Of a stretch of 64,000 nucleotides of DNA, positions 1-9,798 are shown one piece after another. The notes under the pieces were generated by a model. It made no database searches, was not told the DNA's origin, and was given only the letters and a program-made list of their open reading frames with translations. The position numbers were made by a program, and so were the translations under genes. Origin of the DNA: Patescibacteria group bacterium. GTDB taxonomy: Bacteria > Patescibacteriota > Microgenomatia > UBA1400 > PJMF01. The stretch lies in assembly GCA_040879165.1 (NCBI GenBank), contig JBBDKV010000003.1:46838-110837 (forward strand). Direction: 5' to 3'. Each line of letters starts with the position of its first letter. Position 1 is the stretch's first letter.

Positions 1-1425
1 AATTTTTAGTGCTGCTTCTAGCGCAGCAGGGTAGGATACTCCTCGACCGATCACAAACATGTGTTCACTCTGAGCAATTCTCTTTGAGATTTTCTTGACG
101 TTATTGATATGTGTTGAGGTCAAAATTTCTTGAGTGGCTGCAGCAGCAGCTTTGACACAAGCTGCTCCTTGATCCTTCTTGCCTGCCAGCGTATGAGCAA
201 TCAACAGTAAGTAAGCAATCTTGGCTAGAAATGCCTTGGTGGAGGCAACTGCTTTTTCCGGACCAGCGCCCAGTAGCAACTTCTCATCTGCCAGTCGATA
301 CAACGACGAACCAATACTATTCACTATGGCAAGAATGGTAGCTTCTTTTTTTCTAGCCTGTTTTACAGACTCTAAAATATCCATTGTTTCACCAGACTGA
401 GATAGCGCAATTACCGCACTCTTTTGGGTTAAAAAATCAACTTGATAGCCAAATTCGCTACCCACCGCCCAATTGACATGTCTTTTGGCAATTTTGGAAA
501 AAATATAGGTACCAGCCAAACAGGCATAAGCACCAGTACCACAACCAATTAAGTAGCTGCCATATGATTTTGTGATACATCTCGCGATTCGTTCAGCATT
601 GGCCTGACCGCTACTTGCAATTTCACTGAGAATTTTAGGTTGTTCATATATTTCCTTCAGCATAAAATGCTCAAAGCTTCCTTTTGAAACCTGGTCAACG
701 TTCCAATCAAGCATTTTTGTAACAATTTTTTGCTGCTTGTTGGTGCGTACTGTTTTGATAATAACCGAGTTTGCCTGAATTTCAGCATACTCGCCGTCTT
801 CTAAATAATATACTTGCTTAGTATGAGGAATAAGCCCAGCTGGATCACTAGAAATAAAATGAGATTTCTTTCCAAACCCGAGCAGCAACGGTGAGCCATT
901 GCGAGCAGCCAGAATGCTAGGTTCGCCCAGCTTGATTGCCACCACTGCGTTTAATCCCTCTAATTGCATAAAACTGCGGCGAAACGCTTCGGGAAATGTA
1001 GTAGTTTTCAATTCTTCTGTGAGCAAATGGGCAAACACCTCAGAGTCTGTTTCTGAGCGAAAAACATATCCTTTTGCCAGTAAGTTGTCGCGAAGCTGGG
1101 CAAAATTCTCGATTATGCCATTATGTACAATGGCAACTTGCTGTTCTGAATCAAGATGAGGATGTGCGTTTTGTACCGTTACTCCGCCATGAGTTGCCCA
1201 CCGTGTGTGACCAATTGCGATCTGGGATTCAGCAAAACGACCTATTTTTGAATCAAGTATTTTTCCAACTTTTTTGCTGCAAATAAGTTTTGTAGAGTTT
1301 GTGTGTAACGGTACACCAGCCACCCCCCAACTATCGTATCCTCGGTATTCAAGCTCTTTCAAGGCGGTAAAAACAGTTTGTCCAGCTTTTTTAGTGTCTC
1401 CAACCAATCCAAATATTCCACACAT
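1..1425 (-). CDS. glmS: Glutamine--fructose-6-phosphate aminotransferase (runs off the window start)
   Basis: Not in the ORF track. The minus strand from ATG 1425 reads MCGIFGLVG...LEYRGYDSWG, then GHTRWATHG, HNGIIEN, SETDSEV, CGTG, SQSGET and VASTKAF motifs. Confidence 0.97.
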   Translation of the reverse strand, partial: MCGIFGLVGDTKKAGQTVFTALKELEYRGYDSWGVAGVPLHTNSTKLICSKKVGKILDSKIGRFAESQIAIGHTRWATHGGVTVQNAHPHLDSEQQVAIVHNGIIENFAQLRDNLLAKGYVFRSETDSEVFAHLLTEELKTTTFPEAFRRSFMQLEGLNAVVAIKLGEPSILAARNGSPLLLGFGKKSHFISSDPAGLIPHTKQVYYLEDGEYAEIQANSVIIKTVRTNKQQKIVTKMLDWNVDQVSKGSFEHFMLKEIYEQPKILSEIASSGQANAERIARCITKSYGSYLIGCGTGAYACLAGTYIFSKIAKRHVNWAVGSEFGYQVDFLTQKSAVIALSQSGETMDILESVKQARKKEATILAIVNSIGSSLYRLADEKLLLGAGPEKAVASTKAFLAKIAYLLLIAHTLAGKKDQGAACVKAAAAATQEILTSTHINNVKKISKRIAQSEHMFVIGRGVSYPAALEAALKI

Positions 1426-1552
1426 ATCACTCTATATAACCCAGCGTGCTGTAAAATGCAAACTGAAGTTGATACAAATGCAGTACCCGCTGTGCTACTC
1501 ACTAGTTTCAGATAATTGCAGTTGATTTGAGTTACGCATATACTGACAACAC

Positions 1553-2809
1553 ATGCACAAAAAACGATCGCTCCGTGGTCTAACACGAAAAATCACCTAT
1601 CACCCTCAACAGCGAGTTGAAATCTTTCTCAACCTAGCGCTCACTGACCAGTGTCGTGTCTTGTTACAGCTATCAGCCTATGTCCAACAGCAACTCGTCA
1701 CAAAATTAAAAAATGACCAGCTTTTACCGATCTTATCCAAACTAGATCCAGATGACGCAACAGATATCCTGCAACGGCTAACAGTCAAACGCCAACAGAC
1801 GCTACTCTCACAACTCAGCGAAAATAAGCAGCGTGATATTGCTCTGCTTTTACAATTTGATCCCAAAACCGCTGCGGGACTAATGAGCATAAATTATATC
1901 CACACCGATCACAATAGTACGGTTACCGAAGTGGCTGAACAAATTCATCGACACGAAGAACGGACGGGAAGATTTCCCATAATACTAGTGTTTGCAAATA
2001 ACGAATTAATTGGTTATTTACCAGATCACAGCCTTGTGTTTGCTAAGACTGCAGATAGAGTCAAGCAGTACGTGCAAGAAATTTCAGCAATTCCACACAC
2101 CACTGATTATCAATCCATCATTGATCACTTCGTAGAACATCCACACAGCAAAGTAGCCGTGCTTGGAGAAAATGATACAATATTGGGTATTCTCTACTCT
2201 GATGACGTCCTGCGAGCAGTGCATGATCGCGAAGCTTCAACGCTGTATGACTTTGCCGGCGTCAGCAATGAGGAGACGATTTTTGACTCAATACGAAAAA
2301 AGGTCAATTCTCGATACAAGTGGTTGATGATCAATCTCGCCACTTCTTTTCTAGCTGCCTATACGGTCAGTCTGTTTGAGAGCACTATCGACAAATATGT
2401 GCTATTGGCTGTCTATATGCCCATAGTGGCTGGAATGGGTGGCAATGCCGCAACTCAGACACTGGCCGTGCTAGTTCGCGGTATAGCACTCAAGCAAATT
2501 GATTTAGCCACTGCCATGCCAGCACTCAAACGTGAGCTGGGTGCAGCCTTGATTCATGGTCTTATCAATGGCCTGTTGGTCGCTGCTATAGTTATGTTCT
2601 TTAATCGAGATATGATGATTGCGCTAATCCTGGCTATCGCTATGGTTACTAACCTCGTCATTGCAGGATTTTTTGGCACTTTAGTACCACTCATCATGAC
2701 CAAACTAGGAAAAGATCCTGCTACTTCTGCCACAATATTTATAACTACTGCAACTGATGTGCTGGGATTCTTGGCTTTTTTGGGGTTGGCAACAATACTA
2801 CTTCAATAA
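1553..2809 (+). CDS. mgtE: Magnesium transporter MgtE
   Basis: N-domain, CBS pair and TM domain with PIVAGMGGNAATQT and DPA...ITTATDV motifs. Confidence 0.95.
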   Translation: MHKKRSLRGLTRKITYHPQQRVEIFLNLALTDQCRVLLQLSAYVQQQLVTKLKNDQLLPILSKLDPDDATDILQRLTVKRQQTLLSQLSENKQRDIALLLQFDPKTAAGLMSINYIHTDHNSTVTEVAEQIHRHEERTGRFPIILVFANNELIGYLPDHSLVFAKTADRVKQYVQEISAIPHTTDYQSIIDHFVEHPHSKVAVLGENDTILGILYSDDVLRAVHDREASTLYDFAGVSNEETIFDSIRKKVNSRYKWLMINLATSFLAAYTVSLFESTIDKYVLLAVYMPIVAGMGGNAATQTLAVLVRGIALKQIDLATAMPALKRELGAALIHGLINGLLVAAIVMFFNRDMMIALILAIAMVTNLVIAGFFGTLVPLIMTKLGKDPATSATIFITTATDVLGFLAFLGLATILLQ

Positions 2810-2862
2810 CCACACGCCCGTAATCAGCACCCACAGCTCAAACGCCACTGCCTAGACATACC

Positions 2863-2894
2863 AAAACTGACCCCCTTGCGGAGGTCAGTTTTTT
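2863..2894. terminator. Bidirectional intrinsic terminator between convergent mgtE and RRM genes
   Basis: AAAACTGACC-ccCTTGCGga-GGTCAGTTTTTT: stem with A-run before and T-run after. Confidence 0.8.
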
Positions 2895-2921
2895 CAGTTT
2901 TAAGCTGAGTGAGGAATGTAT

Positions 2922-3314
2922 TTAGTCTCTGCGACCAAATCCACCGCCACCGCCACGATTATCGCGACGATCGCCACCACGGTATCCACCGCGGTCGCCA
3001 CCACCAAAGCCGCCACGATCACCACCACCGGTGCGTTCTCGAGGTTGGAAAGGACGTGCGACATTAACGATTAGCGCTCTGCCTTCAAGTTCCATGCCAT
3101 TTACAGCTTCAATAGCTGCATCTGCCATTTCTTTACTTGCATATTCAACAAAAGCGATGCCTTTTGAACGGCCGCTCATGCGATCGATGATCAATTTAAG
3201 ATCAACAATTTCACCATGTTCAGAAAAGATGTCTCTCAACTGATCTTCAGTGACGCTGTAAGGCAAGTTGCCTACAAACAATTTATTTGGATTAACCTGG
3301 GGATCGGTTGTCAT
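2922..3314 (-). CDS. RRM RNA-binding protein with Gly/Arg-rich (GGDRGG) tail
   Basis: RNP2 KLFVGNL, RNP1-like KGIAFVEY, and C-terminal GGDRGG repeats. Confidence 0.95.
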   Translation of the reverse strand: MTTDPQVNPNKLFVGNLPYSVTEDQLRDIFSEHGEIVDLKLIIDRMSGRSKGIAFVEYASKEMADAAIEAVNGMELEGRALIVNVARPFQPRERTGGGDRGGFGGGDRGGYRGGDRRDNRGGGGGFGRRD

Positions 3315-3492
3315 AATTCTCCCTGCTCGTGTTCGAGCCTACTACTACGTAGCTCAGGAACATTAATTTCTAAAGAGGGAGATAACTATATACATTTTTT
3401 CCCACTATTCGACGTGCTGTTCTTAAGCAGAGTCATTATAGCACACTTTTCGTTTCACATTATGGTAATAGATATGATATAACCACTTATGG

Positions 3493-4887
3493 ATGAATTC
3501 AGGAACCGCTGTGCTTACAACGCTTTCTCCGCTCGATGGTAGGTATTACTACGCTACTCAATCTCTACAACCCTTTTTTAGTGAATTTGCTCTCAACTCA
3601 TACCGCCTTCATTTTGAAATTAGCTATTTGATTTTTTTTGCCGATCAAGTTCTTAACAAACCATTTACCGCTGCTCAAGTAGCAACTCTTGAGAAAATTG
3701 GCGCTGATTTTAATGAAACAGAGGCACTAAAACTCCAAAAAATAGAGAGAGACATCAAGCACGATGTCAAGGCTGTCGAATACTACTTGCGTCAACAGCT
3801 TGCAGCAAAAAAACTACCCCACTCGGCTTACGTTCATTTTGGCCTCACTAGTGAAGACACAAACTCGGTTGCCTATGCCTTAATGCTCAAAGACGGCATT
3901 GATACCGTTGTGCTCCTCGCACTGACTGAAATAATCCAAGAACTGGCTGATCAGGCGGAAAAATATGCAGATACGCCAATGCTAGCTCGCACACATGGCC
4001 AACCAGCCGTTCCCACAACTTTTGGAAAAGAACTAATCACGTATGCTATTCGCCTACACAATCAGGTTGGTCAGCTTAAAATTAGACCACACCCAGCAAA
4101 AATCACTGGCGCAATCGGCACACATAGCGCACTAACGACTGCCTTTCCAGACATAGACTGGCTGGAAACTTTTTCCAAACTTATTACCTCACTTAATCTC
4201 AATCCCGAACACTTTACTACGCAAATTATTCCTGGAGAACACTACGCTCAAACGTTTGACATTATGCAACGCATCAACACGATTCTGATTGATTTAAATC
4301 AGGACTGCTGGCGGTATATCAGTGATGATGTGCTCGTTCAGCAAGTTGTTACTGGAGAAATAGGCTCCTCTACAATGCCACAAAAAGTCAATCCTATTCA
4401 ATTTGAAAATAGTGAAGGCAATCTCGGTTTAGCCAACGCTCTTCTGCATTTTTTCTCTCAAAAACTCCCCATTTCAAGATTACAGCGAGATTTGTCTGAT
4501 AGCACTGTAAAACGAAATTTTGGCGCAGCTTTTGGCTACTGTCTGATTGGCTATCAGCAATGTCTGAACGGTCTTACATCAGTAACCCCCGATACAGATG
4601 TAATGGAGCAGCACGTCGATACTCATTGGGAATGTCTGACCGAAGCAGTGCAAACCATTCTTAAGCAAGCGGGAGATGATGATGCATACCAAAAAATTAA
4701 AAACCGAGTCAGAGGCAAAACTCTCGATAAAACGGGGTACTTCAACTTGATCAATCAGCTCGACACAGACACTAAGACCCACAAAAGACTTCTAGCACTT
4801 TCACCACTCACATACCTTGGACACGCTAAACAACTAGTAATAATAGGAGTAACACAAATAAAGGAGCAGTATGGCAGCACGACCTAA
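3493..4887 (+). CDS. purB: Adenylosuccinate lyase
   Basis: SPLDGRY, HDVKAVEY, RTHGQPA, signature GSSTMPQKVNPIQFEN, SRLQRDLSDS. Confidence 0.96.
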   Translation: MNSGTAVLTTLSPLDGRYYYATQSLQPFFSEFALNSYRLHFEISYLIFFADQVLNKPFTAAQVATLEKIGADFNETEALKLQKIERDIKHDVKAVEYYLRQQLAAKKLPHSAYVHFGLTSEDTNSVAYALMLKDGIDTVVLLALTEIIQELADQAEKYADTPMLARTHGQPAVPTTFGKELITYAIRLHNQVGQLKIRPHPAKITGAIGTHSALTTAFPDIDWLETFSKLITSLNLNPEHFTTQIIPGEHYAQTFDIMQRINTILIDLNQDCWRYISDDVLVQQVVTGEIGSSTMPQKVNPIQFENSEGNLGLANALLHFFSQKLPISRLQRDLSDSTVKRNFGAAFGYCLIGYQQCLNGLTSVTPDTDVMEQHVDTHWECLTEAVQTILKQAGDDDAYQKIKNRVRGKTLDKTGYFNLINQLDTDTKTHKRLLALSPLTYLGHAKQLVIIGVTQIKEQYGSTT

Positions 4888-6238
4888 TTCTTTTGCATTT
4901 TGCGGAGGAGCTTTTGGCGATGAAGGTAAAGGCAGAATTGTGGACGAGTATGTCGCAGATCTTGCTACAAAGAAACAAGTTGTGGTATTTCGCGATAATG
5001 GCGGTGCAAATGCCGGGCACACCGTAGTACTTCCCGATGGCACCAAAATTGCACTGCATCAAGTTCCTTCTGGCGTATTTTGTGAAAAAGCTCACGCTAT
5101 CCTCGGCAAAGAAATGGTTCTCCATCCTGGAGACTTACTGCTCGAACTCAGCGAAATTGAGCATGCCGCCAAAAAGCATCCCATTGGCACAATCACTATT
5201 GATGAGCAAACCATACTTTCACTTGATACCCATCGCGCCTTCGAGGCTGCATTGAAAAACTGGCAAACTGGTAGTAAAGGCTCAACAGGGAGAGGAATCT
5301 CACCTGCGTATGCCGATGTGCTCCTGCGTCATCCACTCAGATTAATCGACTGTATTCAGAATAACAAGCAAAAGATTACAGAACACTATACACTGTACCA
5401 GGCTTTGCTTGCTGGTCTAGATCAAGAGTTATCCACAGCAACAGCTCCCACACTCAATGGAACACAACAAACAATTGGTTCGCTCAAGGAGTTCACCGAT
5501 CGCCTATTAACACAAACTAAGACCTTGAAAAAATACTGCTCAGACACCATGCCATTTGTTCGTTCTGCTTGGGCTGACACTCAGTATGCTTGGGTGTTTG
5601 AAAAAGCACAGGCCATCGGCCTCGATCGACGCTGGGGAGTCTACCCCGATATTACTGCTTCAAATGCTTGCTTAGATGGCATTGACTCTGCGACTGAGGG
5701 AATTATCAACTCAAACGAGATCATGCTCAGAGCTGGTGTTATTAAGGCTACATACATGAGCAGCGTTGGTTCAAGAAAGCTACCCACCCAAATGCCCACG
5801 AAGCTCGCTGATCGCATCCGTCAAGATGCTGGAGAGTATGGCGCAACTACCAAGCGACCTCGAGATATAGCCTATCTAGATTTAGTAGCCTTGCGATTCT
5901 ATTCACAAGTGGGCAACCTTAATGCCCTGGTGTTAACCCACATGGATATTTCCTACCCAGAAGTGTCACTACAGGTTTGTACTGACTACACAAAGGATGG
6001 AGCAGCTGCACCGTATCGACCAGACCAAACACACCTAGATACTGTTTCTCCAGTGTATCAAAAACTGCAGTTTTGGAATCCCAAAGATATTCAAGACGCT
6101 CGAACACCATCAAGTATTCCCAAAGCTGCTCAAGCGCTAATCGACATGATAGAAGACACCATTGGTATTCCAGTTTGGATGATAACTACTGGCTCACAGC
6201 GTGACCAGAGCTTAAAGCTTACCGTACAGAAATTTTAA
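4871..6238 (+). CDS. purA: Adenylosuccinate synthetase (divergent)
   Basis: GDEGKG, GGANAGHT, GSTGRGISPAYAD and EYGATTKRPR motifs; overlaps purB. Confidence 0.93.
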   Translation: MAARPNSFAFCGGAFGDEGKGRIVDEYVADLATKKQVVVFRDNGGANAGHTVVLPDGTKIALHQVPSGVFCEKAHAILGKEMVLHPGDLLLELSEIEHAAKKHPIGTITIDEQTILSLDTHRAFEAALKNWQTGSKGSTGRGISPAYADVLLRHPLRLIDCIQNNKQKITEHYTLYQALLAGLDQELSTATAPTLNGTQQTIGSLKEFTDRLLTQTKTLKKYCSDTMPFVRSAWADTQYAWVFEKAQAIGLDRRWGVYPDITASNACLDGIDSATEGIINSNEIMLRAGVIKATYMSSVGSRKLPTQMPTKLADRIRQDAGEYGATTKRPRDIAYLDLVALRFYSQVGNLNALVLTHMDISYPEVSLQVCTDYTKDGAAAPYRPDQTHLDTVSPVYQKLQFWNPKDIQDARTPSSIPKAAQALIDMIEDTIGIPVWMITTGSQRDQSLKLTVQKF

Positions 6239-6987
6239 TGACCAGGCTCAAGCATTCCAATGAAATACATCAAAGCCAGGCCAGCAGCTAGTAGCGTTAT
6301 GCTGATCATTGACTGTTTATGACCACGGTGTTGTCGCAATTCAGGCAGCAAATCTGAAGCAGCAATGTATAAAAATGCGCCTGCTGCCACTGGCATTAAC
6401 AGGTGAGCCACTTGCTCGCTTCCCTCAGCCAAGAAGAATCCAAACACACCACCTAAGACAACCGTCAACGCCACTAAGAAATTTGCCAACAATGCTTTTT
6501 TGTACTGCCAACCAGCGTGTAGTAGCACTCCAAAATCTCCAATTTCCTGAGGTAACTCATGAGAAGCCACAGCAATTGCGGTAACAACACCCAGGGTCGG
6601 ATCTGCAATAAATGCTACTGCAATAATCAGACCATCGATAAAATTATGCACACTATCACCGATCAAATTCATATGACCATACGTCTTCGCATCAAGTTCG
6701 CAATCTTCGCCATGACAATGGTGCCAAAGCAAAAATTTTTCAATTAGATAAAAACTTAAAAATGATAGTAATACATACAACATCGCTTGCTCAGCAGCCA
6801 AGTCCTCCAGTGATTCTGGCAACAAATGAAAAAAGGCAGCTCCAAGCATTGTGCCCGCAGATAGTGAAACGAGGGGAAACAAAATTTTTTGTAACGCGTG
6901 CTTGTGAAGCAGTAGGGCTGCAGCACCACCCAGCGCTGCTAGACTGATGATTGATGTTGCAAGGATAATTTGAATTAAAATTGGCAT
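6235..6987 (-). CDS. ZIP family metal (Zn) transporter
   Basis: HLLPES, HHCH loop, HNFIDG, HELPQEIGDFGVL. Start set at ATG 6987, 7 nt after TATAAT. Confidence 0.93.
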   Translation of the reverse strand: MPILIQIILATSIISLAALGGAAALLLHKHALQKILFPLVSLSAGTMLGAAFFHLLPESLEDLAAEQAMLYVLLSFLSFYLIEKFLLWHHCHGEDCELDAKTYGHMNLIGDSVHNFIDGLIIAVAFIADPTLGVVTAIAVASHELPQEIGDFGVLLHAGWQYKKALLANFLVALTVVLGGVFGFFLAEGSEQVAHLLMPVAAGAFLYIAASDLLPELRQHRGHKQSMISITLLAAGLALMYFIGMLEPGH

Positions 6988-6994
6988 ATACAGT

Positions 6995-7036
6995 ATTATA
7001 TGCACAACGCGCTATAAATGCAACTATGGTGCATTT
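6995..7036 (-). promoter_or_regulatory. sigma70 promoter of the ZIP gene with a palindromic operator over the -35
   Basis: Minus strand TTGCAT-17-TATAAT; inverted repeat AAATGCA-N7-TGCATTT at 7016-7036. Confidence 0.6.
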
Positions 7037-7078
7037 TATAACAATACAATGCCTTGAATGCTACTACGCTAGCAACAA

Positions 7079-8296
7079 TTAATGAAAATGCCCGTGACTT
7101 TGCGCGTGTTTTTCAATTTCTGTTGCAGATTTCCTCAGAGCTACCCAGCTTGCAATAAAGGTCGCTACCGGCACTGCCAACACTAACCCTATTGAGCCAG
7201 CCAATGTCCGCACTACTTCTTCGACAATAACTTCACTGTTGAGTGTTACCCAATCTGGAGTGTTTTCATTCATAATGAACAACAAAAAAAGTGGCATATT
7301 GGCACCTGCATAGGCAAGCACTAGTGTGTTGACCAACGAAGCTACATGATCTTTGCCTACAGCTAGTGAACGTCTGTATAACTCTCCACTACTGATATTC
7401 TTTTTGGCTGCACGTAATTGAAAAACTACTGACACTTGAGAAACTGTAATATCATCAAGTACCCCGAGCGCGCCAAGCATGATGCCTCCAAGCAGCAAGC
7501 CTTGTAAATTGACAACAGCGCTTGGACCAAATTGTAAAAAGTATGCTTCCTCTGAGCCCAAACCTACCAATTGAGAAGCAGTAACAGCTAGATACGAAAT
7601 CCCCACTACCACAAATAGAACGAGCACGGTTGACATCAATGCCAAATGAGACTTGAGCGTAAGACCATGAGCTACGTAAATAGTAACAGCGCCAATCACC
7701 AAAGCACCAATTAAACTGACCCCAATAGGATTAGCGCCAGTAAGAATTTGTGGCACAACAAATTGCATCAAAATCACCACGCTCAAAATCATGCCGAACG
7801 TAGCGTACAAACCCTGCCAACCACCAACTACGACTACTACTACCAAAAAGACAAAAAACAAAAAGTAAATAGTTGGCAGACGATATATATCTGCTACAAC
7901 CACCTCTGTCTCACCATCACTCAATAATTGTTCAGCCAACACCAAGCGTCGACCTTCTTCAATTAACTGCTGTTCATTTAGTGGCTGAAACGTTGAGCCC
8001 ACGCTAACCTCAACAAGCTCTCCCGTATCTGAGCGTTGTACCCGAACTTTCTGAGTAAATAGATTGTCTTGTTCGCTGACCCGGAGTTGCTCAACGATTT
8101 CCTGAGCCCTTCCAGTAAAATAGACTGGCACTTCTACTGTCGGCTGCTGAGGTGTCGTTGGCTCTTGAGGTGACGCTTGCTCTTGACTTGTCGTTGGCTG
8201 CTGAGCTGATTCCTGAGCCGCTACTGGGGGTGCTGTCACAATTCCCACCATCAATGACGCAAGCAAGAAAATTAAACAAGCAAAATATCTCAACAT
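7079..8296 (-). CDS. YibE/F family membrane protein
   Basis: GALGVLDDITVSQ and SLVNTLVLAYAG motifs; His-rich C-terminus. Confidence 0.9.
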   Translation of the reverse strand: MLRYFACLIFLLASLMVGIVTAPPVAAQESAQQPTTSQEQASPQEPTTPQQPTVEVPVYFTGRAQEIVEQLRVSEQDNLFTQKVRVQRSDTGELVEVSVGSTFQPLNEQQLIEEGRRLVLAEQLLSDGETEVVVADIYRLPTIYFLFFVFLVVVVVVGGWQGLYATFGMILSVVILMQFVVPQILTGANPIGVSLIGALVIGAVTIYVAHGLTLKSHLALMSTVLVLFVVVGISYLAVTASQLVGLGSEEAYFLQFGPSAVVNLQGLLLGGIMLGALGVLDDITVSQVSVVFQLRAAKKNISSGELYRRSLAVGKDHVASLVNTLVLAYAGANMPLFLLFIMNENTPDWVTLNSEVIVEEVVRTLAGSIGLVLAVPVATFIASWVALRKSATEIEKHAQSHGHFH

Positions 8297-8316
8297 ACTG
8301 GTATTCTATACCACAG

Positions 8317-9762
8317 ATGAACTATTTTTTACAATTACTTCACTTCGTCCTGAAAAATAGCTTAATTGTAAGCATCGTGCTTGTGGCAGCAATTCTGAGG
8401 TTTTGGCAACTAGATAGTCAAATGATTTTGTTTCCTGATGCTGGACACGATCTCTTGGTGGCGGCACAGGCTGTTGAGGAACGATCTGTTCCACTTCTTG
8501 GAATTCCATCAAGCATACCAATCTTTAAGCAAGGTCCTATAGCTATCTGGCTGATGATGGCAACAATTTCAACTTTTGGCATAGCTAGCTATCCTATTGC
8601 TATCCTCTTCGCCCTCATTGGCTGCCTAGCGGTGATTGGGATATATGAAATCTTAACTGTCACAATGTCCAGACAGCATGGACTGATTGCTGCAGCACTA
8701 GCTGCTACTTCGCCAATTATGGTTGCCCATAGCCGGATGCCCTATCACACCACACCTATCCCCTTTATGACCATACTATTTCTTGCAGCCTGCGTTGCAC
8801 TATGGCACAAGTATCGATTTGCGCCTTTTCTTGCAGTGCTGACTTTTTGTGGGGTGTTCCAGTTTGAGTTAGCCGCTGCTCCACTAGCGCTTGTGCCAAT
8901 CTATATTTGGTTGCGCAGATATCGCCGCTTGCCAACACGAGGTGAAAGCGCTCAGGTTGTTTTGGCGTTTTTAACAGGGATGCTTCCCCAAGTCATATTT
9001 GATTTACAAAATAATTTTACGCAAATTGCCAAGTTCTTTGTCTGGGTTATGATTAAAACAAAAGATTTTTTTGTACTCGGTAGTAGCGGTAATTTGCAGT
9101 TGCATACAGCTTTTGAAAATAGCTGGCTCTATATCGGCCGAATTTTTAGCACAGATTTTCTGCTGATTTCTATAGCATTCACCGTCGTATTTGTGTTAGG
9201 CATATTCTTTGCAATACACAAAGCCAAGACTAAAATACTTGAGCCTATCTGGGAAATATCGCTACTAAGCATGCTGGTATTGTTGAGTGCGTTTATCATC
9301 CACACCGGTCCATCTGAAGCATATTTCCCACCCCTTTTTATTCTAGTGCTGATTCATATCACCTGCACTATCAAGGCTTTGCCAAAACCTGTGTATACGC
9401 TAAGCGTCCTCGCCATTGCGCTCTTGATGCTAACCAATGTGGTGAGTATCTGGCAACACCGTTTTTTCGTCAGTACCGTGCAAAAATGGACCTACGCTCC
9501 AAGTCTAGCTGAACAGCGTCAAGTTATTTCATTTATTACTCAAAAAAGCACGGGCGAGTATCAATTGAAAAGTACACAGCCCAACAAAGAAGCATTTCCC
9601 TCTGACTTTGATAACTATCGCTGGGTAGCACTAGAGGAAAAAATGCATCCACCAGGTGATTCTGGCACTGTTTTCTGGATTCAGCCCAAAAACCAAGTAA
9701 GTAGTTTTTCGCCTGCCCAGAACCGCAGAACTTTTCAGTCTCTAGTCATCTACTGGCACTAA
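8317..9762 (+). CDS. GT-C (ArnT/PMT_2-like) membrane glycosyltransferase
   Basis: LRFWQL...DAGHDL N-terminal loop and ~11 TM segments. Start moved to ATG 8317 to avoid overlap with the YibE/F gene. Confidence 0.75.
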   Translation: MNYFLQLLHFVLKNSLIVSIVLVAAILRFWQLDSQMILFPDAGHDLLVAAQAVEERSVPLLGIPSSIPIFKQGPIAIWLMMATISTFGIASYPIAILFALIGCLAVIGIYEILTVTMSRQHGLIAAALAATSPIMVAHSRMPYHTTPIPFMTILFLAACVALWHKYRFAPFLAVLTFCGVFQFELAAAPLALVPIYIWLRRYRRLPTRGESAQVVLAFLTGMLPQVIFDLQNNFTQIAKFFVWVMIKTKDFFVLGSSGNLQLHTAFENSWLYIGRIFSTDFLLISIAFTVVFVLGIFFAIHKAKTKILEPIWEISLLSMLVLLSAFIIHTGPSEAYFPPLFILVLIHITCTIKALPKPVYTLSVLAIALLMLTNVVSIWQHRFFVSTVQKWTYAPSLAEQRQVISFITQKSTGEYQLKSTQPNKEAFPSDFDNYRWVALEEKMHPPGDSGTVFWIQPKNQVSSFSPAQNRRTFQSLVIYWH

Positions 9763-9798
9763 TTTTTAACAGACTATTCTCCGCGGTATAATACAAGC

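Noticed and set aside
899-1586. Short ORFs antisense to or overlapping glmS, and similar 60-140-aa shadow ORFs throughout
   Set aside because: They lie inside well-supported genes or the tRNA on another frame or strand and show no motifs.
4871-6238. PurZ (Z-base synthesis) instead of PurA
   Set aside because: Catalytic Asp retained (GDEGKG, not GSTGKG); paired with purB; no phage context or dATPase.
8152-8316. N-terminal extensions in the ORF track (8152, 26273, 37041, 55409, 58928)
   Set aside because: They overlap neighbouring genes; downstream ATGs fit -10 spacing and family lengths better.
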